Source of the DNA: an uncultured Aliarcobacter sp.
GTDB lineage: Bacteria > Campylobacterota > Campylobacteria > Campylobacterales > Arcobacteraceae
NCBI GenBank assembly: GCA_963664305.2
Contig: CAXXLV010000001.1
Coordinates: forward strand, 672,001 to 736,000
DNA: 64,000 nt
Direction: 5' to 3'
Within the stretch, counting starts at the first letter, position 1. Every line of letters begins with the position of its first letter. Both the position numbers and the translations under genes were made by a program. A model generated the notes under the pieces. It had not been told where the DNA came from, did no database searches, and saw nothing but the letters and a program-made list of their open reading frames with translations. This document shows, piece by piece, positions 9,864-19,028 of the stretch.

Positions 9864-10094
9864 ATGCACGAAAAACCTTATAGGTCAGTTGTAAAAGCAA
9901 TATCTTGGAGAACAGTAGGAACACTTGATACGATGATAGTTTCTTACTTTGTAACTGGAAATCTAATAATGGCTGCTTCAATTGGTTCAATTGAAGTTAT
10001 AACGAAAATGGCTTTATACTATTTCCACGAAAGAGCTTGGAATAAGTTATCTTTTGGAAGAGTAAAAGAACCAGTAAATGATTATCAAATTTAG
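9864..10094 (+). CDS. DUF2061 domain protein
   Basis: RS..KA.SWR..GTLDT, K..LYY.HER.W. Confidence 0.85.
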   Translation: MHEKPYRSVVKAISWRTVGTLDTMIVSYFVTGNLIMAASIGSIEVITKMALYYFHERAWNKLSFGRVKEPVNDYQI

Positions 10095-10102
10095 GTTAGT
10101 AA

Positions 10103-10807
10103 ATGAGTAAAATAGAGTTAATAGCAAAAATAAATAAAGAACTTGAAAACAAATCAACACAAGAAGTTGTTGCGTATCTTTTAGATAATTTTAAAAATGT
10201 AGCTTTAAGTTCAAGTTTAGCAGCAGAAGACCAAGTTTTGACAGATTTACTACTTAAAAAAGATAAAAATGCAACAATATTTACATTAGATACAGGAAGA
10301 TTACATCCTGAAACTTATGATGTAATGGATGCTACAAATCTAAAATATGGTGTAAAAATTGATGTATTTTTTCCAAATAGTGAAAAAGTACAAGAGCTTT
10401 ATCAAACACAAGGTGTAAATGGTCAATATGAAAGTATTGATAATAGAAAAAACTGCTGTAATATCAGAAAAATTGAACCGTTAAAAAGAGCTTTACAAGG
10501 CGTTGAAGTTTGGATTACTGGATTAAGAGCATCTCAAAGTGTTACAAGAGTTGATATGCCTTTAGTTGAATGGGATGAAAACTTCAAAGTTATCAAAGTA
10601 AATCCTTTAATCAACTGGAGTGAAAAAGATGTTTGGGATTATATAAAAGAAAATAGAGTTCCATATAACAAACTTCACGATAAAGGTTTCCCTAGTATTG
10701 GATGTGCTCCTTGTACAAGAGCTATAAAAGAAGGTGAAGATATAAGAGCAGGAAGATGGTGGTGGGAGAACCCAGAACATAAAGAGTGTGGTTTACACAA
10801 AAAATAA
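10103..10807 (+). CDS. cysH: Adenylyl-sulfate (APS)/PAPS reductase, Fe-S type
   Basis: LDTGRL, CC..RK, SIGCAPCT, RAGRW, ECGLH. Confidence 0.93.
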   Translation: MSKIELIAKINKELENKSTQEVVAYLLDNFKNVALSSSLAAEDQVLTDLLLKKDKNATIFTLDTGRLHPETYDVMDATNLKYGVKIDVFFPNSEKVQELYQTQGVNGQYESIDNRKNCCNIRKIEPLKRALQGVEVWITGLRASQSVTRVDMPLVEWDENFKVIKVNPLINWSEKDVWDYIKENRVPYNKLHDKGFPSIGCAPCTRAIKEGEDIRAGRWWWENPEHKECGLHKK

Positions 10808-10819
10808 GAAAGGAAGAAA

Positions 10820-11734
10820 ATGCAAATAAGCCAAGATAGGTTAACTCATCTAAAACAACTAGAAGCAGAATCAATGCATATTATGAAAGAAGTAGTAGCA
10901 GAATTTTCTAATCCAGCAATGTTATATAGTGTTGGAAAAGATAGTTCAGTTATGTTACATCTTTTACAAAAAGCATTTTATCCAGCGCCTCCACCGCTAC
11001 CTTTAGTTCATGTTGATACAACATGGAAATTTAAAGAGATGATTGAGTTTAGAGATAAAAGAGCTAAAGAAGTTGGTATGGAACTTTTAGTTTATATCAA
11101 TCCAAAAGGAGCTGAAATGAATATCTCTCCTTTTACTCATGGTTCAGCGTTACATACAGATATCATGAAAACTGAAGGTTTAAAAAATATGTTAAACATT
11201 CAACAATTTGATGCTGTATTTGGTGGAGCTAGAAGAGATGAAGAAAAATCAAGAGCTAAAGAGAGAATTTACTCATTTAGAGATAAAAACCATAGATGGG
11301 ATCCAAAAAATCAAAGACCAGAACTTTGGAATATCTATAATGGAAGACACACAAAAGGTGAATCTATTAGAGTATTCCCTTTATCAAACTGGACAGAACT
11401 TGATATTTGGCAATATATCTATTTAGAAAATATTTCTATTCCAGATTTATACTTTGCAAAAGAGAGAGAAGTAGTAGAATATATGGGTACAAAAATCATG
11501 GTTGATGATGATAGAATGCCTGAAGAATTAAGAAAAACAGCTAAAAAAGAGATGGTAAGATTTAGAACTTTAGGATGTTATCCATTAACTGGAGCAGTAA
11601 ACTCTGAAGCTACAACACTACCAGAGATTATTCAAGAGATGCTTATTTGTACAACAAGTGAGAGACAAGGAAGACTTATAGACTCTGATGGGGATGCCTC
11701 AATGGAGAAAAAGAAACAAGAAGGATATTTTTAA
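10820..11734 (+). CDS. cysD: Sulfate adenylyltransferase subunit 2
   Basis: [34 protein letters not shown]. Confidence 0.97.
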   Translation: MQISQDRLTHLKQLEAESMHIMKEVVAEFSNPAMLYSVGKDSSVMLHLLQKAFYPAPPPLPLVHVDTTWKFKEMIEFRDKRAKEVGMELLVYINPKGAEMNISPFTHGSALHTDIMKTEGLKNMLNIQQFDAVFGGARRDEEKSRAKERIYSFRDKNHRWDPKNQRPELWNIYNGRHTKGESIRVFPLSNWTELDIWQYIYLENISIPDLYFAKEREVVEYMGTKIMVDDDRMPEELRKTAKKEMVRFRTLGCYPLTGAVNSEATTLPEIIQEMLICTTSERQGRLIDSDGDASMEKKKQEGYF

Positions 11735-11735
11735 G

Positions 11736-13193
11736 ATGGCACATCAATCAGATTTAATTTCACAAAATATTGAACAATATTTAAAAGAACACGAAAACAA
11801 AGAAATCTTAAGATTTATTACTTGTGGTTCAGTAGATGACGGTAAATCAACTTTAATTGGAAGATTACTTTATGATTCAAAAATGATTTTTGAAGACCAA
11901 TTAGCTGCTATTGAAAAAGATAGTAAAAAAGTTGGAACAACTGGTGATAAAATTGACTTAGCACTTTTAGTTGATGGATTAGCAAGTGAAAGAGAGCAAG
12001 GTATTACTATCGATGTTGCTTATAGATTTTTCTCAACAGAAAGAAGAAAATTCATCATAGCAGATACTCCAGGTCACGAGCAATACACAAGAAACATGGC
12101 AACGGGAGCTAGTACAGCTGATTTAGCAATTATTTTAGTTGATGCAAGACAAGGTATTTTAACACAAACTAAAAGACACTCATACATTGCAAGTCTTTTA
12201 GGAATTAAAAACCTAATCGTTGCTATTAATAAAATGGATTTAGTTGATTTTAGCCAAGAAGTATTTGAAAAGTTTAAAAGTGATTACAATGAAATTATTG
12301 AATATCTTCCACATAACAAAGATTTAAATATTCAATTTATTCCAATTTCTGCACTTGATGGAGATAATATTTTAACTATTTCACCTAAGTGTTCTTGGTA
12401 TACAGGACTTCCTTTAATGGAATTATTAGATACTACACCTATTAATAAACAAGAGTCATCTTCATTTAGATTACCTGTTCAATATGTAGTACGTCCTCAC
12501 TTAAATTTTAGAGGTTTTTCAGGAACAATAGCAAGTGGTGAAATCAAAGTTGGTGATGAGATTACAGTATTACCATCAAGAAAAACATCAAAAGTTAAAT
12601 CTATCGTATCAAATGATATTAAAGATTTAAGACCAATTGGAAAAGATGAAACTGTTGAAACTATAGATAGAGCATTTGCTCCAATGGCAACAACAATTAC
12701 ACTTGAAGATGAAATTGATATTTCTAGAGGAGATATGATTGTAAAATCAGACGATATTCCAAAAGTATCTAATCACTTATCTTGTATGGTTGTATGGATG
12801 GATGAAGCTCCTTTAAAATTAAATCAAAACTATATTATTAAAAGAGCAACTTCAGTATTAAATGGTGCATTTAATGCTATTGAATTTAAAAAGAATATCA
12901 ATACATTTGAAGAGATTGATGCAACAGAATTAGCTTTAAATGATATTGCAAAATGTACATTATCATTAGATAGAGAAATTGCAGTTGATCCATACCATGA
13001 AAATAGATACACAGGAAGTTTTATCATTATTGATAAATACAATAACTCAACTGTTGGTGCTGGTATGATTGTATCTTCTATTGAAGGTTTTGCTCATTTA
13101 GAAGAAGAGAAAAAAGTTTATTCAAAAGCAGAAATTGAATTAAATGAATTTATTAGAAGAAATTATCCTGAATGGGAATGTAAGGCAATATAG
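11736..13193 (+). CDS. cysN: Sulfate adenylyltransferase subunit 1 (probable start ATG 11736)
   Basis: GSVDDGKST, GITIDVAY, DTPGH, NKMD; ATG lies just after the cysD stop. Confidence 0.95.
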   Translation: MAHQSDLISQNIEQYLKEHENKEILRFITCGSVDDGKSTLIGRLLYDSKMIFEDQLAAIEKDSKKVGTTGDKIDLALLVDGLASEREQGITIDVAYRFFSTERRKFIIADTPGHEQYTRNMATGASTADLAIILVDARQGILTQTKRHSYIASLLGIKNLIVAINKMDLVDFSQEVFEKFKSDYNEIIEYLPHNKDLNIQFIPISALDGDNILTISPKCSWYTGLPLMELLDTTPINKQESSSFRLPVQYVVRPHLNFRGFSGTIASGEIKVGDEITVLPSRKTSKVKSIVSNDIKDLRPIGKDETVETIDRAFAPMATTITLEDEIDISRGDMIVKSDDIPKVSNHLSCMVVWMDEAPLKLNQNYIIKRATSVLNGAFNAIEFKKNINTFEEIDATELALNDIAKCTLSLDREIAVDPYHENRYTGSFIIIDKYNNSTVGAGMIVSSIEGFAHLEEEKKVYSKAEIELNEFIRRNYPEWECKAI

Positions 13194-14287
13194 TGTCTAA
13201 CAATTTAGCATTAAATATAGAAAAAATAAAAAAAGAGAAAAGTGGAGTAGATGTATTAGCAGACATCTACTTCTATGCAGTTTTTGGTGAAAGAATGAGT
13301 CTTGAAGATATGGAGAGATTCAAATGGTATGGACTTTATGCACAAGATGAAGAACAAAACTATTTTAAACTAAAAATTCCATTATCTATGGGAGAATTAA
13401 ATCTAATCCAATTAAAAACTCTTAGTTTAATATCTAAAAAATATAGTAATGAGACTTTGATTTTTTCAGATGAACAAAAAATAGAACTTACTAATCTAAA
13501 AATTTTTGATTTACCAGAGATTTTAAAACTTCTTCAAGAGATAAATTTAAACACTTATTTTGAAGCGGGTCATACAGTAAGAAGAGTTTTAACTTGTCCA
13601 GTAAATGGAATAGACCATACGCAACTTTTAGATGTTGAACCTCTTGCAAATAAGTTAAATGAAACATTTATTGGGAATAAAAATTTTGAAAATCTTCCAA
13701 ATAAACTTCAAATTGCAATTAGTGGTTATGAAGAAGGATGTGATGTTCAATTTACACCAGATGTTAGTTTTAATGCAACAAAAGATGAAAAAGATAAAAT
13801 TGTTTTTGCAGTTAAAATTTTAGACAAAATTATAGGTTATATCACACCTGCACAAGTTATAAAAACTGCAATTGCAATTGCTAATATTTATAAAGATTTT
13901 GGAGATAGAGAAAATCCAAGAAGAAGTACGTTTGAATATCTTGTAAATAATTGGGGATTCAACAAATTCTCTGATATTTTAAATGCAACTGTAAATTACA
14001 AAATTCAAAGAAATATAAATAAAAGTGAAAATATCATCCCAAGAAAACCTAGACTTGGAATTAATAAAAGTAAAATTGAAGGTCAAAGTTATATAGGTTG
14101 TAGAGTAAAATCTTCAACTATTTCTAGTACAAATATTGACACATTATCAACTTTGCTTGAAAAATATGAAGCAAGTAGAGTTAAAATCACGCATAAAGGG
14201 AATATTATTATTCTAAATGTTCCTACAATAAGTGCTGAAAACTTAGCAAAAGAGTTAGAAAAAATCAACTTTAATCCTTTTGTTTAA
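13193..14287 (+). CDS. Truncated/degenerate nitrite-sulfite reductase hemoprotein-like protein
   Basis: RFKWYGLY.Q, LPNKLQIAISG, FGDRENPRR; ends before the C-terminal siroheme/4Fe-4S Cys motifs. Confidence 0.7.
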   Translation: MSNNLALNIEKIKKEKSGVDVLADIYFYAVFGERMSLEDMERFKWYGLYAQDEEQNYFKLKIPLSMGELNLIQLKTLSLISKKYSNETLIFSDEQKIELTNLKIFDLPEILKLLQEINLNTYFEAGHTVRRVLTCPVNGIDHTQLLDVEPLANKLNETFIGNKNFENLPNKLQIAISGYEEGCDVQFTPDVSFNATKDEKDKIVFAVKILDKIIGYITPAQVIKTAIAIANIYKDFGDRENPRRSTFEYLVNNWGFNKFSDILNATVNYKIQRNINKSENIIPRKPRLGINKSKIEGQSYIGCRVKSSTISSTNIDTLSTLLEKYEASRVKITHKGNIIILNVPTISAENLAKELEKINFNPFV

Positions 14288-14314
14288 AAAAGAGCTTTTT
14301 ATTAAGCTCTTTTT
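14286..14314 (+). terminator. Intrinsic terminator of the cys operon
   Basis: AAAAAGAGCTT-loop-AAGCTCTTTTT. Confidence 0.75.
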
Positions 14315-14392
14315 ATTGAAGCCAACTCTTATACTAAATAACTTAAAATTATAAAACAGATAACAATAACTAATTATAAAGAGTAAAAATTT

Positions 14393-15694
14393 ATGGATAA
14401 AAATATTTTTAGACCTTTTTTCAATGAAAATACAGATTTATTAAACTTTATTAGATACAACACAATTGGAAAAAATAAAAAAGAGTATTTTGATTACACT
14501 GCTTCGGGACTTGCATTTAGACAAATAGAAAATAGAATTTTTGATGTTTTAGAAACTTATGCAAATACTCACTCTAAAGAAGCTTCAAATGCTGATACTA
14601 CATCAAATTATTATGAACTTGCAAGAAAAAATCTAGCAAAATCTTTGGAATTAAATGATGAATTTGCAATACTTCCTAGCGGTTGTGGAACAACTGCTGC
14701 TATAAAAAAATTTCAAGAATTATTAGGAATATATATTCCTCCTGCAACAATTAAAAGATTTGGAATAACAGTAGCTAAAAAGAAACTTCCACTAATCATC
14801 GTTGGACCTTATGAACATCATTCAAATGAAGTAAGTTATAGAGAAGCTTTATGTGAAGTAATAAGGATAAAACTAACAAGTGATGGATTGGTTGACCTTT
14901 TTCAATTAAAAGAAGTTCTGCAAGAAAATGCTCATAGAGAAATCATTGGTTGCTTTTGTATTGCTTCAAATGTATCTGGAATAATTACTCCTTATGAAGA
15001 GATATCAAAACTTATTAAACGTTATGGTGGGAAAGTTTTATTTGATGCAGCAGCAAGTAGTCCATATATAAATGTACCATGTGAATTATATGATGCTTTA
15101 GTTTTATCTCCTCATAAACTTCTTGGAGGTCCTGGAAGTTGTGGATTATTAATTATTAGAAAAAATCTTATTGATACATCAATTGCTCCAACATTTGCTG
15201 GTGGCGGAACGGTAGAGTATGTAAATAAAGATTCGCAATATTATCAAAAAGATATAGAAGCTAGAGAAGATGCTGGAACTCCACCTATTTTGCAATTTAT
15301 TCGAGCAAGCCTTGCATATCAACTAAGAAATGAAATAGGTTTTGATTTTATAAAAGATAGAAAAAATGAATTAAAAGAGTATTTTATAAGTGAACTAAAA
15401 AATATACCAAATTGTGTGATCTATGGAAATCAAGAAGTTGAAAATATAGGAATTGTTTCTTTTAATATAAAAGGTTTAAGTCCTTATGATTTATGTAACA
15501 ATTTGTCTTCAACTGATAATTTCCAAACAAGAGCTGGATGTTCATGTGCTGGACCTTATGGACATGATTTACTTGGGATAAAGGAACTAGATATAAATAA
15601 TCGTCCAGGATGGGTTAGAATTTCTATTCATTTTTCACAAACAAAAGAAGATATTAAAAATTTAATTGAGAGTATTAAAAAGATTGTTAAATAA
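14393..15694 (+). CDS. Class V PLP aminotransferase / cysteine desulfurase-like protein
   Basis: DYTASG, EHHSN, SPHK, GTP, RAGCSCAGPY. Confidence 0.88.
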   Translation: MDKNIFRPFFNENTDLLNFIRYNTIGKNKKEYFDYTASGLAFRQIENRIFDVLETYANTHSKEASNADTTSNYYELARKNLAKSLELNDEFAILPSGCGTTAAIKKFQELLGIYIPPATIKRFGITVAKKKLPLIIVGPYEHHSNEVSYREALCEVIRIKLTSDGLVDLFQLKEVLQENAHREIIGCFCIASNVSGIITPYEEISKLIKRYGGKVLFDAAASSPYINVPCELYDALVLSPHKLLGGPGSCGLLIIRKNLIDTSIAPTFAGGGTVEYVNKDSQYYQKDIEAREDAGTPPILQFIRASLAYQLRNEIGFDFIKDRKNELKEYFISELKNIPNCVIYGNQEVENIGIVSFNIKGLSPYDLCNNLSSTDNFQTRAGCSCAGPYGHDLLGIKELDINNRPGWVRISIHFSQTKEDIKNLIESIKKIVK

Positions 15695-15706
15695 TTTATT
15701 TTAGTT

Positions 15707-15744
15707 AAAAAGGTTAACTGAAAATTATTTCAGTTTCCTTTTTT
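15707..15744. terminator. Bidirectional terminator
   Basis: AAAAAGG..AACTGAAA/TTTCAGTT..CCTTTTT between convergent genes. Confidence 0.6.
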
Positions 15745-15753
15745 GATTCAAAA

Positions 15754-16344
15754 TTAGAATTTAAAATTTAAACCTGCAAACATTGATGTTGAATCTTCAA
15801 TTTCAATTTTAGCTGTCATATCAACACCGCCATCTGACCAATTGAAAGTTTTATCTAAATTATATTTTGTATATGCTAATCCTAACTCTAATTCAATATT
15901 TTTTGTAATATCATAAATCCCACCAACTTGTGCTCCATATGCTAAACCTGAGATTTTTGCAGTTCCTAATGTATCAATATTTGTTTCTTTATATTCTGCA
16001 TTACCAACATGTACACCAGCATATAATCTAAACTCATTATTTATTGGCATTAAATAATCATAATTCCCTAAAATTACTCTAAAATCTGTATCAGTTGCAT
16101 TAAAATTTGCATGAGATATTGATACTCTATGTGTATTATCTAATATTATCCCTGCTTTTAATTTTAAAGTAGAATCTGTTACATTATCTGATAAATTTAT
16201 AACATTACCATTTGAACCTGAACCATTGATTTTATAATCTAAATCTCCTCTTTCAACACCAGCACCTAAGAAATATTGTAAATCCATTGCCATCATTGAT
16301 GTACTTGCTAAAACTAAACTTGTCATAACTAATGATTTTTTCAT
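15754..16344 (-). CDS. Outer-membrane beta-barrel protein (probable start 16344)
   Basis: Signal peptide MKKSLV..., alternating beta-strands, terminal Phe (GLNFKF). Confidence 0.85.
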   Translation of the reverse strand: MKKSLVMTSLVLASTSMMAMDLQYFLGAGVERGDLDYKINGSGSNGNVINLSDNVTDSTLKLKAGIILDNTHRVSISHANFNATDTDFRVILGNYDYLMPINNEFRLYAGVHVGNAEYKETNIDTLGTAKISGLAYGAQVGGIYDITKNIELELGLAYTKYNLDKTFNWSDGGVDMTAKIEIEDSTSMFAGLNFKF

Positions 16345-16573
16345 TATTTTTCCCTTTATTTTTATTTGAAAATACATTAAAATATGTATACAAATCGAAG
16401 TCTATCAGGCAATTGACTCACAAATCACTCTTTTTTATATTTTATTATTAATTAATCATTAAAAACATTATTTATGTATAATTTTGTAACTTAATTTTTA
16501 TAATTTTATAAACTAAACAAAAACTAAACAATCCATTTAGAGTTCATTAACCTAAAATGTCTACAATTCCTCC

Positions 16574-17692
16574 ATGAGTTTTATAATATTTTTTTCAGTT
16601 TTTTTGACTGTTTTTGCTTTCCAAACATGGGTAATAAAAAAACGTCTTATAAATAAACTGGATTTTAATTATAAAACAAAAAAGTATCTTAGCTTTTTAC
16701 TATATCTAACATTTTTTGGGGTACTTATGTATCCAATAGCTAGATACTTTCCAATAGTGCCAAATTGGCTCTATTTTCTCCTTTCTTTGCCAATTGGGGT
16801 GATTTTTTTAACATTTATAATCACTTTATTTCATGAATTCATCTCATTTGGTTTATCTAAAACAAAATATACAAAAAATCGAAGAGAGTTTTTCAAAAAA
16901 GGTCTAGACATTGGTGTAATTTCAGCTGTAATTGCAACTAATGCAAAAGCCATTGATAATGCTAGAAATATTGAACTTGAAGTTGTTGATGTAAAAATAA
17001 AATATTTAAAAGAAGCCTATTCGATAGTTCAATTAAGTGATATTCATATTGGTGGATTAATCACAAAGGATTTTATAACTAATCTTGTAAAAAAAGTAAA
17101 TATTTTAAATCCAGATGTTGTTGTAATAACTGGTGATTTAGTTGATACAAAACTTGAATATGCAAAACCTGCACTTGATGAATTAAAAAATATAAACTCA
17201 AAATATGGAACTTATTTTATAGTGGGAAATCATGAGTATTTTCATGGAGTTAAACCAATAATTGATTATGTAAATACTCTAAATATAAAAACACTTGAAA
17301 ATGAAAATGTTTATATTGGAGAAAAAGATAAAGGATTTTATCTTTGTGGTGTTTATGATAGATTTGGAAATAGATATGGTTCTTTTGAGCCTAACATAAA
17401 TAAAGCTTTAGAAAATACTCAAAATGAACCAACTGTTTTATTAGCTCATCAACCAAAATTTGTTGAAGAAATTGATACACATGGAATAGATTTGATTCTT
17501 TGTGGTCATACACATGGTGGACAAATTTTTCCATTTAATTTTTTAGTAAAACTTCAACAACCATATGTAAAAGGTTTAAATCAACATAGTAATTCAACTC
17601 AAGTTTATGTTAATAAAGGTACAGGATTTTGGGGACCACCCATGAGATTGGGGGCTTCAAGTGAGATAACTATTTTAAAATTATCTGCTTGA
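16574..17692 (+). CDS. Membrane-anchored metallophosphoesterase
   Basis: N-terminal TM helices; DIH, GDLVD, GNHE, GHTHGGQ. Confidence 0.92.
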   Translation: MSFIIFFSVFLTVFAFQTWVIKKRLINKLDFNYKTKKYLSFLLYLTFFGVLMYPIARYFPIVPNWLYFLLSLPIGVIFLTFIITLFHEFISFGLSKTKYTKNRREFFKKGLDIGVISAVIATNAKAIDNARNIELEVVDVKIKYLKEAYSIVQLSDIHIGGLITKDFITNLVKKVNILNPDVVVITGDLVDTKLEYAKPALDELKNINSKYGTYFIVGNHEYFHGVKPIIDYVNTLNIKTLENENVYIGEKDKGFYLCGVYDRFGNRYGSFEPNINKALENTQNEPTVLLAHQPKFVEEIDTHGIDLILCGHTHGGQIFPFNFLVKLQQPYVKGLNQHSNSTQVYVNKGTGFWGPPMRLGASSEITILKLSA

Positions 17693-17695
17693 TTT

Positions 17696-17791
17696 TTACT
17701 TTTGTAAAATAAAAAATGAACTTAAAATTGATAAAGTATAAATACTCATCAAAATAATATAATCGATTTTATTTGTTTTGTTCTTTTCCAT
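17696..17791 (-). CDS. Putative 31-aa small membrane protein
   Basis: AAGGAG RBS 6 nt before ATG; MEKNKTNKIDYIILMSIYTLSILSSFFILQK. Confidence 0.55.
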   Translation of the reverse strand: MEKNKTNKIDYIILMSIYTLSILSSFFILQK

Positions 17792-17828
17792 TGAAATCTC
17801 CTTTGTAAGAAGGAGTTTTCACTCCCTC

Positions 17829-18242
17829 TTATTTTACTGTAATTGTTTTTTTCGTATTATCATCTTTTAGTTTCGGGATTATTACTTCTAAAACTCCATT
17901 ATCACTGCTTGCTTCAATATTTTCAATATCTGCATTATCTGGAAGCGTAAAACTTCTTGAGAATTTCCCAAAATATGTTTCTACTTTATAATAATCTTCT
18001 TCTTTAACTTCCTCTTTGAGTTTTCTTTCTCCACTGATTGTTAAAACACCTTTATTTATATCAACTTTTATATCTTCTTTTTTTACACCAGGTAAGTCAA
18101 CATCAACATGATAAGCAAACTCCCCTTCCCTTGTATTTACAACTGGGACGAAAGCACCAACACCTTCATTTTTAGATTGGTTATATAGATTTTTTTCTAA
18201 TTCTTTTAATTGTTTAAATGGGTCAAATTTTGTAATTAACAT
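17829..18242 (-). CDS. Hsp20/alpha-crystallin small heat-shock protein
   Basis: DLPGV.KEDI, LTISGER, GKFSRSFTLP, NGVLEV.IPK. Confidence 0.95.
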   Translation of the reverse strand: MLITKFDPFKQLKELEKNLYNQSKNEGVGAFVPVVNTREGEFAYHVDVDLPGVKKEDIKVDINKGVLTISGERKLKEEVKEEDYYKVETYFGKFSRSFTLPDNADIENIEASSDNGVLEVIIPKLKDDNTKKTITVK

Positions 18243-18268
18243 CTCTAACTCCTTAGATAAATTGTAAA

Positions 18269-18289
18269 CTTGACTTTATATTTATCAAG
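18269..18289. promoter_or_regulatory. HAIR-like (HspR) operator
   Basis: CTTGA-N11-TCAAG, same spacing as CTTGAGT-N7-ACTCAAG, upstream of hsp20. Confidence 0.55.
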
Positions 18290-18312
18290 CTGATGAAATA
18301 TTAACATATTTT

Positions 18313-18339
18313 TTAGCACTTGTCAATATATAGTGCTAA
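18313..18339. promoter_or_regulatory. CIRCE-like (HrcA) operator
   Basis: TTAGCACTt-N9-tAGTGCTAA. Confidence 0.8.
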
Positions 18340-18374
18340 CTATTTTATATAATTACTATTTGATGGAGATTTTT

Positions 18375-18407
18375 AATTTAGCACTAAAATATTTTTAGTG
18401 CTAAATT
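18375..18407. terminator. Hairpin after the hemerythrin gene that also matches CIRCE geometry
   Basis: AATTTAGCACTAAAA-TAT-TTTTAGTGCTAAATT. Confidence 0.6.
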
Positions 18408-18846
18408 AATGCATAGAACAAGGGCTCATTCCAGTTTTAAAGAACATTGCAGTAACAGTGTCCATACTTTGTATATGATTTATTAGCCAAGACACTAGAT
18501 TATTTTCAAAATAGCTTTTTAATTTAGAAATATCTTTTTCTACTTGGAAATTCTCTAAAACTCTGTTAATTTCATATAAATTTGAATCATGTTCTGCTTT
18601 ATGAAAAGAATATGCAAAAAAAACTTTTTCTCTCATCTCTTTTTCTTCTGTTGCAAAATGATTTTCAGTATGAACTATCCATTCTATATATTTTGATTTT
18701 AAATCTTCAAAGTTCAAATTAGAAGAATCTTTTTCATAATCTAAAATTTTTTCATAAAGTTCATTTATAATATCAACATCTTCAAAATGTGTTACATTCA
18801 TAAATTCCATAGCAACAAGTGGTAAATTATTTTTATTTATTAACAT
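18406..18846 (-). CDS. Single-domain hemerythrin family protein
   Basis: MN.TH.E, HF..EE..M, HK.EH, WL.NHI..MD. Confidence 0.85.
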   Translation of the reverse strand: MLINKNNLPLVAMEFMNVTHFEDVDIINELYEKILDYEKDSSNLNFEDLKSKYIEWIVHTENHFATEEKEMREKVFFAYSFHKAEHDSNLYEINRVLENFQVEKDISKLKSYFENNLVSWLINHIQSMDTVTAMFFKTGMSPCSMH

Positions 18847-18944
18847 TTAAATCTCCTAATTTTTACGAATTCTATTTAATTTAAAAATTTTTTTAATTGA
18901 TTGAAATCAAGTACTAAAATATAAACAATATATTTCAGTTACAA

Positions 18945-19000
18945 TTGTATTACTTCTATACAAAATTTAATAACTAACTTTTTATTATTTTTTGTATAAT
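18945..19000 (+). promoter_or_regulatory. Dyad operator plus extended -10 of amidoligase operon 1
   Basis: TTGTAT-N7-ATACAA (18945-18963) and TATAAT 18995-19000. Confidence 0.6.
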
Positions 19001-19028
19001 GATTTTAATTCAAAAAAAGGATTAAAAT

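Noticed and set aside
11688..11735. Extended cysN N-terminus from the ORF track
   Set aside because: Overlaps cysD; ATG at 11736 is the more plausible start
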